63,671 nucleotides of DNA, filler included, from Cercozoa sp. M6MM (GCA_040357565.1; 11 parts of 11 records of this genome joined end to end with filler, not necessarily neighbours in it); one strand, 5' to 3'. Shown: positions 26,619 through 40,685, counted from the whole stretch's first letter. A program made the numbers and translations. The notes: generated by a model from the letters alone, not told the origin.

Positions 26619-26651
<33 letters not shown>

Positions 26652-26773
26652 GATGTACATATGCTAATACCAAAGTTGGCCACGAGATCGAGCTCGTCGA
26701 GAGCGGCGATGCGCAGGTCCGACATGCACAAATCGCCCACGCCGCCCGAAAGCACCTAAAGCAACACACACAC

Positions 26774-26804
<31 letters not shown>

Positions 26805-29800
26805 CATACACCTCCCAGTTCAGACTCTGTGTACCTCGACACGCGCACTGCGATTTTTGGGTCGCACCTCCTCCAGGAACTTGCGAAGAGCCGTCTGTGT
26901 GACAAGGCAGACTCAACATGTCCTTCCTTCCAGTCCTTCCAAATTTAGCACCGCAAACAATACCAACTGTCCATGTGACGGAGCCTTGGCGATCACCTTG
27001 ATGCTGCGCACCAAGTGATTGCGCACGGTCTCCTCGGTGATTTCGTCTTCGTCCTCCTCGTCCGACTCGTCTTCTACACAGAGAAAGAAACAGTGCAACT
27101 TTGCCTTTGTATCTCCGCTGTGACTCGACAAACGCACCTCGGTTGTGCCGTCCACGACGACGCTTTCGACGCTGCAAACAGGGAAGAGTTTGTATACCCC
27201 CATACAGTAATGTCTCTTACTTCCTTGAGCGCCTCGATATGCTCCTTCTTGGAAGCAGCGCGTTTGGCCTGTTTCACACAGCAACAGCGCTCATTAAACA
27301 CAAAAAAGAAGGAAAGAATGACGCACCTTTTCGAGGGCACGCAAGTCAGCAAGTTCGAACTCGTCGGCACCCACGAGCAGACGACCGTCCGAAGCCTGCA
27401 CAGGCACAGCACACGCCTCAAACTACCAAAGATGAAACTACAGCAACAGGCTGAAACTCACTGTGATAATCGCGTCCTGTTCGCGGGTCTCCTTGCCTGC
27501 CATTGTAACACACATACATTTATAGATACACCTATACTTATGTATACATAATATATATATATATCTACCTATCATTAACATTATATATTTGAATGTACGT
27601 CTATTCACAAGCATACCTGAGCCAGCTTCGAGAGCAGCTTCGAAAGCAGCGCGTTTGGCTTCCCAGTCCTCCTGCCGCAGTCGAGTTAATAGTCAGTCAA
27701 AAGGAAAGACGGAAGGGAAGGAAAGGAAGGAAGAGAAGGAAAGGAAGGAAGGAAGGAAAGGAAAGGAAAGGAAAGGAAAGGAAGGAAGGAAGGAAGGAAA
27801 GGAAGGAAGGAAAGGAAAGGGAGGGGAGGAAAGAAAAGGGAGGGAAGGAAGGATGGAGTACATCGGCTGGCTCGGTCGACTTGGACGACAGATCGCGAAG
27901 GCGCCGTGCTTCGCGCTCGGCCAACCGACTGCGCAAACACTCTCGCCGTTTCGAGCCCTCGAGAAAGACGAAAGCAACACAACTCAACACAGGTACTGCT
28001 AGAGTACCGAGCAACGTGAGCAGAGTCCGTCACCAGCAAGCGTCTGCAATCAACCACGTTCATAGATACATCAGTACATGCACACATACATACACATACA
28101 CAGACACACAGACACACAGACACACAGACACAGACACACACACATACACATCTCAAACCGAGGCAACGAAACTTACTTGTCTAGGGGCGGGTGGTGCTTA
28201 AAGCCCTAAGCAGACACAAGAAGCAGAATAAAGTCGCACCAGCATGAGACCAGACAACTTGAGTCGAGAGCCAAACTGACCAGAAGAGCGACCGGGAGCG
28301 ACGCTTCCGCACGGCGAATGCGCTTGCCTCGCCAGTCGCTCAGTGACTTGACACGTGCCCTGACACCAGCACACATGCCTCGGGGATCACACCTCCAGCG
28401 GGAACAAATACCACTGATCGCCACAGACGACGTGAGTGCCAGACGACAGCGTGCCGTGCTCGACCAAAACAGTGGTCACCACGCCACGCACTGGATGCGA
28501 CTGACTGTGCTCACCACGCCACAGTGCCCTCCACAACACCACAGTTAAGAAAGCAGCAACTTACGACTCAATCACGGAACAGACGGCGTTGCCCTTCTGG
28601 AGTCTTTAACCAAAAGAAAAACAAATAAAGATACAAAGGCCCAAAACTGAAATCTTAGAGCAAATGAGTACGCCAGCAGAGCAGTATCGTGTCCCAAAGC
28701 TTCCACTTGTTCTCTACGGCAGCCCAGGTCGCAGTCAGCACAACACAGAAACTAAGTTTTCGAGTTCGTACCGATGTTCTTCGGACAGGCGCTGGAGCGA
28801 CTGAGCGGCCGCAGTGAGTTCCACTTCAGCCAGCAGGTCTTCGATGCCCTTGCCTGAGACAGCACACAAGTGACAGAGCCTTTAGTTTCGGTAAAGGGTC
28901 AGGTAAAGGGTCAGGTAAAGGGTCTGTTTTGGTTAAGGAGCGCAAGAGGCAAATCACCAGACACGGCGCTGATGGGCTGCACTGCGACGCTCTCGGTGCT
29001 GTCTTCGTCGGAATTGATGCCCAGCAGAATGCCCTGGCTACGCAGCTGGTCGGTCACCATTTCGATATCGGCGTTCTTCTTGTCGATCTTGGTCAACGCA
29101 ATCACGTAAGGCAGTCCGAGTTGCTTGCACACGCGCACACACCTAGTACACATGTGCAGATGTACAGATGTACACAAGTGAAGCATGTCAGAACAAAAAA
29201 TACTCGCGCGTCTGCGATCGCACGCCTTCGTCAGCAGCGACGACGATGATGGCCACGTCGGCCAGAGTGGCACCTCTTTCGCGCATGGCTCCGAAAGCAG
29301 CGTGACCTGGCGTATCGAAGAAGGTCACAAATGGCGCCTGAGTCACCTCGGTCGCCACTTTGACGGGAAAGGCGCCAATAGTCTGCGTGATACCGCCGGC
29401 TTCACTTGCTGCCAACTATTCAAATCAAACCACACTAGTAATCATAAGATTCACACCAGTTATTTACGCCAGTAGAAAGAGGGTACCTTAGAGCGACGCA
29501 AGTGATCCAGTAGCGTAGTTTTGCCATGATCGATGTGTCCCATGACACACACACGAGGCGGACGCGGCCTGAGTTGTTCCAGCACTTGCATGGTGTTGCC
29601 GGCCAGAACCTGTCATGTGTCCAACCTTTTCCAACTCCGAGAGTACTCGAACAAAACACACCTCGCCCAGAAGTTCGTCGCTTGGCACATGCGCCGTGAG
29701 AATCTCGCTGCGCAGAATTCGCGATAATATAAACATCAAATCAAACTACAATAAGTGCAAATTTTACGACTTTCGTGCTACGCCTTCCGAGGCAACGACA

Positions 29801-31655
29801 TGTCGCACCTCGCGTTCGAAGCACTCGCACAACAGTTCGGCAGCTTCCTGCAGCAACCAATTGACAGTCAGAACATACAGCAAACACAAGAACACAGTGG
29901 TGCAACACACGAGAGAAACGAGTTCCTTGCCGATACTGACACCGAGTTCTTCCTTGGCCCTGCCTCGAACAGAAACCATTGTACTTACACAAACTCGACT
30001 GGAGAACTGCAACTGAAAGCTGTAACTCACATGCGATTCAGTTCCTGCGGTGTCGCCGAAAGCACGACCGACAGTTCGTCGGCCGACACGGCACGCAGAC
30101 CCGGCAAAAACTACGCACCCGTTCGCGAGTGATGTGATCAGTATTGATTGATCAAACACTACACATATGAAGACACACCTCGATAGCGCCGTCTTCGGCC
30201 ACACGCATGGCCTGGCGGTTGATGATTCGACGGCGTGCGTCATCCGACTGATCAGTCACACAAAAGCGTATGTTCAAATTCCACAACTACTATTGTTGCG
30301 GCTACCTTCACAGTCGTTGGCCGAGCAGTCGTTTCTTCCACGCTCTTCCTACAAAAAAAAAGCGCTAACTCACTCAAGGAAGGCTCAAACAGACAGGAAG
30401 CACTTCAAAGCGGCTTCCTGCGCAAGGTTCTGTCGCTCGGCCGTCGAAACGTGCTGTGTCGGAGCCGACAAAGCTTCCTGCAACACACATCACTCTTGGT
30501 CTAGTCTCGGTCCAGTTGAGTTCAGTTCAGTTCAGTTGCGTCTCTTTTACCTCGAGATTACGCTTAACATCAGCGCGAGTACGTCGCTGAAACGTCTGAT
30601 TCGCCTGTGAAAGGTCAATTTGCATCCGCGCGGACGATTTGAAATTAAAGAAAAATGATGCTACCTGCGCCAGGGCAACGAACAGATCGTTTGCCGACAG
30701 GAATTCTTCTTGCGGTTCCTCCTTCTGCAACACGCACGAAACTAAAGAGAACGCAAAAAAAAACACGTGCTTTCAAAATGTACCTTCTCAATGGTGGCAT
30801 CGATGACTTGGCCTATCTGTTTCACTTTCGCCTGATCAAAACAAGCTCAGTTGGCAATCGCGAGAAGAGCATCACAGATGGAAACAAAGCAAACTTTGAG
30901 CTTGGCCAGACTGATTTTTAACTCCTTGGCACGACACGCCACGGACATGTCACGCGTTCTGCCATTTCAAGTTTAAAACAAACCCAACCCAGCAGAGCGA
31001 GAAAAACCGAAAAGTACTTTTTGAACTCGGCGACCAGTTCACGAAGTTCCAGCGTTTTTTCCGTGTGCTCTTGACGCAACTGGAACAGAGAGAAACCAAT
31101 GAATTCGTTGAGAATCAAAACAATTGCGAAGTACGAGCTTGAGACGCTCTTCCGGCGGCAAATCCTCCGACGAGGTTTGCTTCTCGAGATTCAAGTTGTC
31201 CATCGACTATTAAATATTCAGTTTCGCAGTAAAGAACCAAAAAACTGGGTGAAAAGCATTACCCGCGCATCAAAGGCCTTTGCCGGTGCGTTGGCAGGCT
31301 TCTTCGGCACAGTTTTGCTCGACAGGCTGCACAGAGGAAGGATCAGCAAGAAATGAGTAAAACAGGCACACGAGAAAGCTAGAACTGTACTTGAGAAGCT
31401 GCTCAAAGCTGTTGGCTGTTTGTTTCTTCGGCGTTCCTTGCGCCTGCTTCGAGCTTGATTTGTCGTCCACACTAAGGGCCATCATATCTCAGCATCATAT
31501 CTCCAGTCAAGAGTAGTCCAGTCCAACCCAGCGGAAGAAATGAAATACCCAAGCGCCGCAAAAATGTCCGTTGTCGTCGCCTGCGCCGGCTTCTTTCTGC
31601 GACTCGACATGGAACGCGCGCCATGACGCACGACCCGTGAAGACACCGCACGCAT
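25180..31655 (-). CDS. MTIF2: Mitochondrial translation initiation factor 2, 3' truncated
   Basis: [65 protein letters not shown]; domain [10 protein letters not shown]; domain [13 protein letters not shown]; domain [11 protein letters not shown]...GDEIECYE. Arg/Ser-rich presequence-like N-terminus. Confidence 0.92.
27700..27853. repeat. (GGAA)n-type purine satellite in an MTIF2 intron (second tract 26167-26280)
   Basis: Direct reading; pyrimidine-rich on the sense strand. Confidence 0.9.
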
Positions 31656-32116
31656 CACGGCTTTTCGCAGGCCCAAACAACTAGACAAATAATGACGCGA
31701 CCGCAAAACCACAGTAACGCACAGGCGTCAGTCAGAGTAAACTTTGGACTACAGTAGCGCGTCTCTCAAGCTCGCTACCGCACCGATCGCGACCCTGGCT
31801 GCATTCGGTCCAAAAAATCGATCGAAATGTAAAAAATAAAAAGAAAATTACGTTTGTGCCAATGCCGCGTTTAGTGCATAAACTGAAGAATGTCGAACCC
31901 TGCTGACACTGTTCGCTCTGCAGAGATCTCCGTGGCCGATGCTGAGGTGCGCACAATTTCGCAATGACAGTTGGCTGAGCATGTGGGTGTTATTTTGTTC
32001 AGTCCAAGGCCAAGGCAGTGGCTAAAGAATTAGACGCTTCGGCGAAGATGTTCAAAAAGTATCCTTGCGTGAAGTACTAGTCATGTTCCTTCTATGTGTG
32101 TGTTTGTGATCTAGAA

Positions 32117-32771
32117 ATGCCCAGGCACAGGAGGCGCGAAAGGATCAGTTCCGCCCGGTATTTTTCTTTTTTCGGGGGGTTTTACGCTGAGGTAAGCAAG
32201 GATCTGCGACAGGCGAACTTTTTGACGAACCCCAGAAGATGGATTCGGCAAAGACAGGTACCCAGCTGTTACAAGTTTAGGATCAAGGTGAGAGCTGTTT
32301 GTGTTTGTTGCAGGTGCAGATTTTTGTGTTTGGTGCGGCTGCTTCGGCGGTTCTTGCGTCGCTTTACGCCTACGACATCAACAAGGTATATGCAGTGTTC
32401 CACGCAATGTTGAGGGTTTCACGCCTAGTTTCTCGTGTCTGCAGGCATCAGTGGCACTGTACAAGAAGCAGCACAAGCAAATCCAGCAGTTGCAAAGGTT
32501 GATTTTTTGTTTTTTGTTTTTGTTTCTTCCATGATTACTTTGTATTTTTCGTTCTGGTGGATTGCACTTAGCAAGTTGAAGGAAGAGCGGGAGTTGCGCA
32601 GACAAGTGCAGCTCCGTGTGGCCTCGCAGTTGACGCAGCACGCGGTAAGATACCCGTTCGCACACCATTTTCTGTCTTTTATGATTCATGACACATGCAC
32701 AGGAGTTGAAACACACACTGGCGCCTGTTTTGTCGGCCGAGTCGCTCAACGCACTCCCGCAGCCAGAATGA
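32117..32771 (+). CDS. Small single-pass membrane/coiled-coil hypothetical protein
   Basis: In-frame spliced product MPRHRRR...IFVFGAAASAVLASLYAY...QIQQLQSKLKEERELRRQ...PQPE-TGA. Confidence 0.5.
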
Positions 32772-33103
32772 ACCACGGCCTAACGTGACGGAACTTCCGG
32801 CGTTGTTAGTCGTCTTTACATGTTACAGCACGAGCTCTGTATCGGCGCGGAAGCCATTTTAACGCTACAAAAATCGTCGACGTGTGTTTTTTTTTAAGTG
32901 CTTTTCACTGACAACCGTCAGTAACCGAGAGCTTCAGTTCTGACGAAAGAGTTACCCGGTTTTTATTACCTGGTCCATATCAAGCAAAGTAAAATCCTGG
33001 CAAAGTACGCTCAATTCGAATTTACTAAGGCCTGATCCCTATGTGGGAGAAAGACAAGGGCTGCGGTAACATACATCTACCTAGATAGATCTCGGTCGTC
33101 TTG

Positions 33104-33803
33104 TTACTCGCGGAACATCAAGACGCGACCGTCAGCACCGGCCGACAGGAGCCACGGCTGGTGCGGATGCCTGCAAGCGGACCAAACATGCATTCTCGCA
33201 CAGGAAAAACACAAACACAAGCAAACCAGCAGCAGTCGAGAACGCCATGTCCATCGGAAGACACCTGAACACAGACGTACAGAACACAGACGTACAGAAC
33301 ACAGACGTACAGAACACAAACGTGCATAGTCACATGTAGATCTTAGAGACAAGGTCTACCGTGTGCGCACGCAGGATCTTGACCGGCACAAGCTGCGGTC
33401 GAGTCACGAGATCGCTAAAGACGCGAGCGTGGAACACGTGCTAACCAAGTCAAACAGTTGCATAAACACGTTGACACATTAGGTTGTGACACAAGCTCTA
33501 AATACCAAGGAGCCATCGTCACTCGCCGATGCGAATAGCGGGTAGTGACCTGCGAAAGAGTCGTTGCAATAAACACCGACACCAGGGCAGTTGAAGGAGT
33601 AAATGTGAGACCCGGATGGAAACGAATCGACTGAACAGCACGTCGGTGGAACTTGAGTGTCTTGTACCTGCAAGAATTAAGTGAACCAACTGTTGAAACA
33701 GCCTGTGTCATTTATAACAAATCAAGTTTACGGGAACTCGCCGCCGTCGAGGTCAAACCAACAGACGCGTCGATCGTAGGATCCACACAGCACGTGATCG
33801 CCA
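33104..33803 (-). CDS. BOP1: Ribosome biogenesis WD40 protein BOP1/Erb1, C-terminal part
   Basis: GDHVLCGSYDRRVCWFDLD...PYKTLKFHRRAV...YPLFASASDDG...LVPVKIL...WHPHQPWLLSAGADG...F-stop. Confidence 0.93.
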
Positions 33804-33877
33804 CTGCAAGGTTGCACCAGTCACACTCACACTCACACTCACACTCACACTCACACTCACACTCACACACTCACACA

Positions 33878-33935
<58 letters not shown>

Positions 33936-34035
33936 NNNNNNNNNNNNNNNNNNNNNNNNNNNNNNNNNNNNNNNNNNNNTTAATTAATTAANNNNNNNNN
34001 NNNNNNNNNNNNNNNNNNNNNNNNNNNNNNNNNNN

Positions 34036-34085
<50 letters not shown>

Positions 34086-34567
34086 CATGGTGTGTGTGTG
34101 TATGTGTGCGTACGCCATGGTGTGTGTGTGTGCGTGTGTGTATGTGTGTGTGTGTGTGGTGTGTGTATGTGTGTGTGCGGGTGTGTATGTGTGTGTGGTG
34201 TGTGTGCGTGAGTGCGTGTGTGTGTGTGTGTGCGGGTGTGTGTGGGTATGTGTGTGTGGGGTGTGCGTGTGAGTGCGTGTGGATCATGGTGTGTGTATGT
34301 CTGCGGGTGTGTGTGTGTGCGTACCTCTCGAAGCCTGCAGCTGCGTCTGACTCGGTCCATGAAATATGTCCGAAAAGACCGGCTGCGAGTCATTGTCCAC
34401 GATCCTTAAAAGAGCTAATTGTCTGGAAGTTAGTCGAAACCACCGCAGTGTACGATATGCGTGTCATGATCATGGAGCGAGTTGCGTTGTCCCAAGAGAC
34501 AAGTGTGCCGTCGTCTTCGTCGCCAAGCTTGAACGTTCTTAGAAGACCGAACTAACGTGACTCACTA

Positions 34568-35094
34568 ACTAATGCCGTTTGCCCTTGTTGCCGCCCTTCA
34601 TTTTCTTCTTCTTGTCCTTCTTCTTCATCTTGGTCTCGCGTCGTGCTCGGTTGGCCTCCTTGACGGCCTGTGCGTCTTGTCAGCAAATACACAAAAGAAA
34701 CAACAGACACACAGTCGAGGATGTAGGGTTGGCACCTTCTTGTTGCTCCTGCGGTCCTGTTTGATCTCTTCCTTGGTCTTTTTGCGCTTGCGCTCTGTCG
34801 GGGGTGTAAGGTTAAATGAATGGGGTAGGGGTAGGGGTAGAAGTACCCAGCATCTCTTGCTCCTCCTCAGCGAGAGCAGCGACACGCTCGTCAATTTCGG
34901 CGGCAACGTCTTCGTCATCATCGTTCTCTTCACTCTCCTGACCGTCGAGGTCACCGTCCTACACAAGAAAATGATGCACACCTCCGCGCGGAAGAACGCA
35001 AAATACCGATTCGTCGCCGTAGTAGTCCTCGTCGAAGAAACCTCGCTCCGCTCTGTCAAGAACAGACAGTTTATGTCATTACTCACCCCCCCCC

Positions 35095-35149
<55 letters not shown>

Positions 35150-35372
35150 CCAGAACAAAAGATAAACGCACTGCTGTGCCCACTCGAGTTCGGCGATTTC
35201 CTCCTCGATGGCCAGATCAAATGCCTGCACAAAAGGTCGAGTATACTCGTCCCCTTACCCCTCTCCTCCCTCTACCCTTCTGTGTACCTCTTCTTCCTCG
35301 TCATACTCGAGTTCGTAAAGTGCTCGCAGCTTCTGGCGCTCCTGCAACTCGTTGCGCAGCTCCGTGATCTTG
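34568..35372 (-). CDS. C-terminal fragment, possibly RIO1-type kinase (acidic region then basic tail)
   Basis: Acidic stretch followed by AVKEANRARRETKMKKDKKKK, resembling the RIO1 C-terminus. The kinase domain is not in the contig. Confidence 0.4.
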
Positions 35373-35776
35373 CCTGGGGTGGGGGGGGGGGGGGGGGAGT
35401 GGGGGAAAGGGGGGGGGGAGGGGGGGGGGGTTGAGTGTGGGTGCGGGTGGGTGTGGGTGGNNNNNNNNNNNNNNNNNNNNNNNNNNNNNNNNNNNNNNNN
35501 NNNNTTAATTAATTAANNNNNNNNNNNNNNNNNNNNNNNNNNNNNNNNNNNNNNNNNNNNCCGGGGGGGGGGGTACAGTAACTAAACATCATTAGGTTCT
35601 GGGACAGCCCGTACGAACGGGTTTCAAAGACGCCCCAGTGCCCCTATTCCATCGCATAAACAGGCCCTAGTTCTGAGTTTTTAATGATAGCCGTACCGCA
35701 AAATGTAACATGGCATGCGGTGCCGTGAGTGCGCGCTCCAGTTTCTTTCATAACCAACAGCAGTTGTTCAGTTGAT

Positions 35777-37162
35777 TTACTCAATGACGTCGTAGGCGTC
35801 ATCCCACTGGCTCTCCTCGATTTCGCCGTACGACCACTCGTCGTCGGTGCCCATGCCCATCTCTGCGGGTAAGTGGGGCATATAAGGGCATCTGAGACAC
35901 GAAAGATGGGATGAAGGGAGGGTTACCGTCCTCCCAGGCGTCAGCTTCAGTATCGTCAAAGATCGGCTCAGGTACCGGCGCGGCCGTTCCTGGTGCACCT
36001 GGGAAACAGGGAAACTCACTGAAAGCAAGATGCCAGCCAGAAAACAGGGTACCTGGAGTCTGCAAGCTTTCTTGGAAGGCGCCGAGTTCCTGTTGTTGTT
36101 GCTGCGCCTTTGGAGGAATATATATATATATATATATATACAGATGCATTGTAAAGACATTGCTACTTGTTGCTTCTGGAAGTAGTCCGAGGCCAGCACC
36201 GACAAGCCTTCTGTGCACAGGTGTTGGTCATCGCATCTTCGGGAGAAGACGGGAGGGGGTAAAACTGAGTAAGGACTACCAATGATGCCGATAAACACCA
36301 AACCGAAAAGTCCTTGTCTCACTGAGTTGCCGGCTGCACACACACACAGCACATGTAGATCAACACCTGGCTATACCCAAAGTATGCCAAGACAGAGAAC
36401 TCGGTACTGCCAATAGCCAACACGAAGGACGTCAGTCTGTGCCAAATTAAGGGAGTGAAGCAGGCTACAAAACGAAAAAGGCTACGGGTACCCTCCAGCC
36501 AGCACACTGTTGATCTTGTCGTCTTTGCGTCTGAACTTACTCAGCGCGCACTGTGCACAACACAGGTACAAATGGACAGATGTCATAGCTGCACAAGGAG
36601 GGACAAATGGACAACACAGACAGCATGGACAGGTTACCTGCCAGACCGCGTAGAGACCACCCCACATGGCAAAGCCACTGCCGATGGTTGGCGCACGCTG
36701 TGACACGTTCTGCAGCACGTGTTTCAGGCGGCTTCGACGAGGTGCGTCCTACGCACAGCACAGTCGAGCACACTCACAACGCGCACTGAAGGAAAACACG
36801 CACCCTCCATGTGCGCACTGTGTGCATCACGGAACCGCCGATGCAGCCCTACACGAGAAACGCCCGTCATGAGCTCAACATACAGCGTGCAACAGAGAAA
36901 TATACCATGGCAAAGGCACTGCCCAGATCATCGACGATCCTGTCGGGACACGGTGACTGCACAACACAAAGTCGAACGTCACGGCAATTTCATTCCAAAA
37001 GATCACTCAGAAAAAACTCAATGCGCGTGTTTTAGAGTCACACGGTAGCGAAATGCGACTTAACGTCGCAAAATGCCAGGCACCAGCACAGCCGAGCCCC
37101 AAAATGGCCCCGAGTGCGCACACTGATCCTCGCAAATCACGTTAATAACTTACGAGATCCAT
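35777..37162 (-). CDS. TIM17: Mitochondrial import inner membrane translocase Tim17
   Basis: MDL/SPCPDRIVDDLGSAFAMGCIGG...RAPTIGSGFAMWGGLY...RRKDDKINSVLAG; acidic C-terminal extension. Confidence 0.92.
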
Positions 37163-37346
37163 CAGCTCGAGATCTCCTTTGCTGTGCAATCACGTCCCAC
37201 GCGCTCGCTGCTACGAAAGCTGGTCTCGCTCGCCTGGTGGCTACAACTAAACGCCGCTTTAAATAAAATTGTGTGCCAGGTGTCAAAGCAACACAAGTGC
37301 ACGCGACTGTGTGTGTGCCAGAGACAACGGCAGTGATCAAGACAAA

Positions 37347-38830
37347 ATGCTGGCCCGACAGAGCTTGCGCAGTTTGCGCGGTATGCGCCAGCTTGCGGTG
37401 ACCGCCAAGCAGGTGATCGATCTCATCCGCGCGGACATGTGCGAGATGTGTTGGTTCGGTGCAGGTCAAGGCGCTGCGCGAGCAGACGGGTGCGCCCATG
37501 ATGGACTGCAAGAAGGCGCTGCAGGAGAGCGATGGCGATGCTGAGGTACTCCCTGGCATGATCTCTGGCACAACATGGTGTATCTACTTTGCTTACCTTC
37601 GGGCTGTCGGACCAAGTAGAAGGCGATGGACTGGCTGCGCAAGAAGGGCGTTGCCACGGCCTCCAAGAAGGCTGACAGGGCTACGGTGTGCCTCTTGTAT
37701 CCCCATAATCCCTACCCATAATCTACTCTCTTGTCACCCCCCCCCCCCAGGCGCACGGCCTCGTGGCTGCCCAGGTGAGCGATGATCACACGCGCGTCGA
37801 CATCGTTGAACTCAACTCGGAGACGGATTTTGTGGCCAAGGTATTATTGAGGGTGTCTCCGAGTGTCAACACGAGTGTAAATGGGGGGGTTTAAAATACA
37901 CGGTCTTGCAGAACGAGAGTTTCCGCTCGCTCGTGTCGCAAATCGCTTCGGCCACTTCGGCTCTGTCGCTGCAGACTCAGGAGGTACGGGTTTTTGGGAG
38001 TACATGGACGGGGGTAAACCCGACTTTGTGTAGGACAAGTCGCTGCCGCTGGAGCAGCTGCTACACGCGCCGCTGAACGACGAAACTTCCATCGGAGACG
38101 GTGTCACCGATCTCGTGGTATCTAGGCGGGGTAAACGGGGTTAAACCTGGGCTATAGGGGTATAGTACATGCCATACTAGTAGGCCAGCATCCGCGAGAA
38201 CATGCAGTTGCGTCGCGCCTTTGCCATGTCGGTGCCGCACCCGGACAAGGGTACCCCTTCCCCTCTCTCCTTAGCCTCCCCCTTATCCCTAGTCCCTGCA
38301 CCCAGGTGTGCTGGGCGTCTACGTGCACTCGCGTCCGGCACCGAAGGAACACCCGTTCGTGGGTCTCAAGGTGGCCGGTGTTGCCCTTGAGGGCGATCTT
38401 TCGGGTCTGTCGGTGTGTCTACTTCTCTACCCCCCCCCCCCCGCTCACCTACCCTACCTACCCTCGCATGCGACAGACCGAGCAACGCGACGAGTTGTCG
38501 CAACTGGCGCGCAAGGTGGCCATGCACTGCGTCGTGGCCTCGCCGTCCTACCTGTCGTCTGAGTTTGTACCAACTATTTTTGAACTAAAGTGAGAGGTGT
38601 AAAGGGTTAACATGTGGCATGCCGACAGGTGCCGGAGTCGGTGCTGCAGCGCGAGTTGGCCATCGTGCAGCACGCTCTCGACAGCGACGAGAAGTTCGCG
38701 CAGATGCCGGTATCTATCCCTATGCGGAGAGGGTATACTAAGGGGGGTATCTCTATGTACCGGTGTCTGTGTTGTAGGAGAAGAAACTGGCCGGAGTGCG
38801 ACAGGGCAAGTTGCGGGTTGCTCTCAAGGT
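37347..38830 (+). CDS. TSFM: Mitochondrial elongation factor Ts, 3' truncated
   Basis: VKALREQTGAPMMDCKKAL...WLRKKG...VELNSETDFVAKN...IRENMQLRR...VYVH...LARKVAMHCV. Confidence 0.95.
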
Positions 38831-38984
38831 AGTGCTTACCCACTGAGTTGTCTCTGCCCGTTTTTNNNNNNNNNNNNNNNNNNNNNNNNNNNNNNNNNNN
38901 NNNNNNNNNTTAATTAATTAANNNNNNNNNNNNNNNNNNNNNNNNNNNNNNNNNNNNNNNNNNNNTAGTCTGCCTGTGCCCAAG

Positions 38985-39883
38985 TGTTTAAACGAAGCCA
39001 TGCCGACGGCGACCAAGTATCCGAACTACGTCACTGATATCGACACGGCCGCAGCAGTTGGCTGTGGCTTCCAAGTACGTCCTTGTGTTGCTGCTACTCT
39101 GCTTGACAACTGCGATTGACAACTGTGCCTTGGCTGTCTGCAGGGGTCGCTTTTCGTCTTTGGCTCCCTGGCCATGTCGGCTTGGTGGTGCTGCTTTTGC
39201 ATCGCTCTGTACTACCTGATCGTTTACGCGCCCAAGCATGGCCTGTAGTTTACTTCTCACTGTGCTTGTATCCGCTTTGTCTGTCACCAAGCATTGCTCG
39301 CAATTCTGCAGGTCGCCCGATGAGCTGCGACGACATGAGTGGAAGTTCCATGTCGCTGGCTGGCTTCCACCCTTTGTACATTGACACGTTGCAGGCGGTG
39401 CTGTGTGTTCGGCTATTGTTATGAGATATTCAGGTGTGTACGGTCGTGATGCTGGCAACTGCTGGTGTGCGGTACAACGAGGGCAGGTATGTGCGCTTTC
39501 TCAGCAGGTGTTGGTGTACTGTCTGTGATGTGCCGCTTGTCTACAAACTTAGCATGACGTGCTTCATTTCGAATGCTGACGGAGCATTGGCACAGGTACT
39601 GCAGATATGCGCTGTCTGTGTCTGTTCAGTTCCTGTATTAATCATCTGTCCCGCAGATCCTTCTTTTCGTCGGACCTCACTGCGTGTCGGTTCTCTCTTG
39701 TTCTTTAATCTTTCGATGGTGTACGTGTGTGTGTGTGTGTGTGTGTGTTGTGTGTGTGTGTGTGTGTGTTGTGTGTTGTGTGTGTGTGTGTGTGTGTTCA
39801 ACAGGTACTTTACACTGGGTGCCGTCGCTATGTGCTCGGTCCTATATGCGACCTTTGTGTACGATTCCAACATACCGTTTGTG

Positions 39884-39915
<32 letters not shown>

Positions 39916-40639
39916 TATTATATCAGTATGCTTATAGTTCATCAAAAGCGGTGCAGTCGTGGGACACGTTCCGCGCAGCGGCGCGTTTCGCCACCTTCGT
40001 TCCATTGTAAGTTTAGGTTCAGTGTACTTGGTCCATTTGGTACACGATGCATGCTGGACAGGTACTTCATGCCGCTTGCAGTACTGTTGGCGTACTTCAT
40101 GCTCGTCGCGTACGTTGATTTAACTTGCACGCGTGACAAACACTTCGTGTCCGGTGACAACCGTTGTGTGCTTGCTGCAGCAACATCTCGTCGGAGATTG
40201 ATGACGCCGTGAGTGACTTGTACCATACACATTCAAGCAAATGCAACATTCACAATTAAACACGTTTGCGGGATGTGCGTGTAGCCGATACTGCTACCTC
40301 GACAAACAGAGCAGTGACAGTCTGGTGGCTATCTCCAAGGGAGATACTTCCATGTAAATTTAGTTTTTGTGTTCGGATTTCGGTACTTTTGTGTTGTGGT
40401 CTTACTCCTGGTTTGCAGGTGTCCCGATGGCATGGACATTAAAGAGTGCGTCGTATTCCTCGACGGTAGCGTGTGTTGTGTGTGTGTGTGTGTTTGTGCG
40501 GATGCATTATTCAAGGAGTCGAGATGAGTCATGTGTGCGTGTGCGTGCGTGTTTGTAGGCCAGCTGCTGGAAGGCTGCCGAGCATCGACTCTGGGTTCTT
40601 TGTTCAGCTACGGCCTCGACGTCGTTGCGCGTCTGTACG

Positions 40640-40640
<1 letters not shown>
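38985..40640 (+). CDS. Seven-transmembrane receptor-like protein (Frizzled/Smoothened- or cAR-like), partial
   Basis: GCGFQGSLFVFGSLAMSAWWCCFCIALYYLIV, EWKFHVAGWLPPF, MTCFI, LLFVGP followed by further hydrophobic helices. Confidence 0.6.

Positions 40641-40685
<45 letters not shown>

Noticed and set aside
33271-33315. CRISPR-like array
   Set aside because: Head-to-tail 15-bp repeat without spacers, inside a eukaryotic intron.
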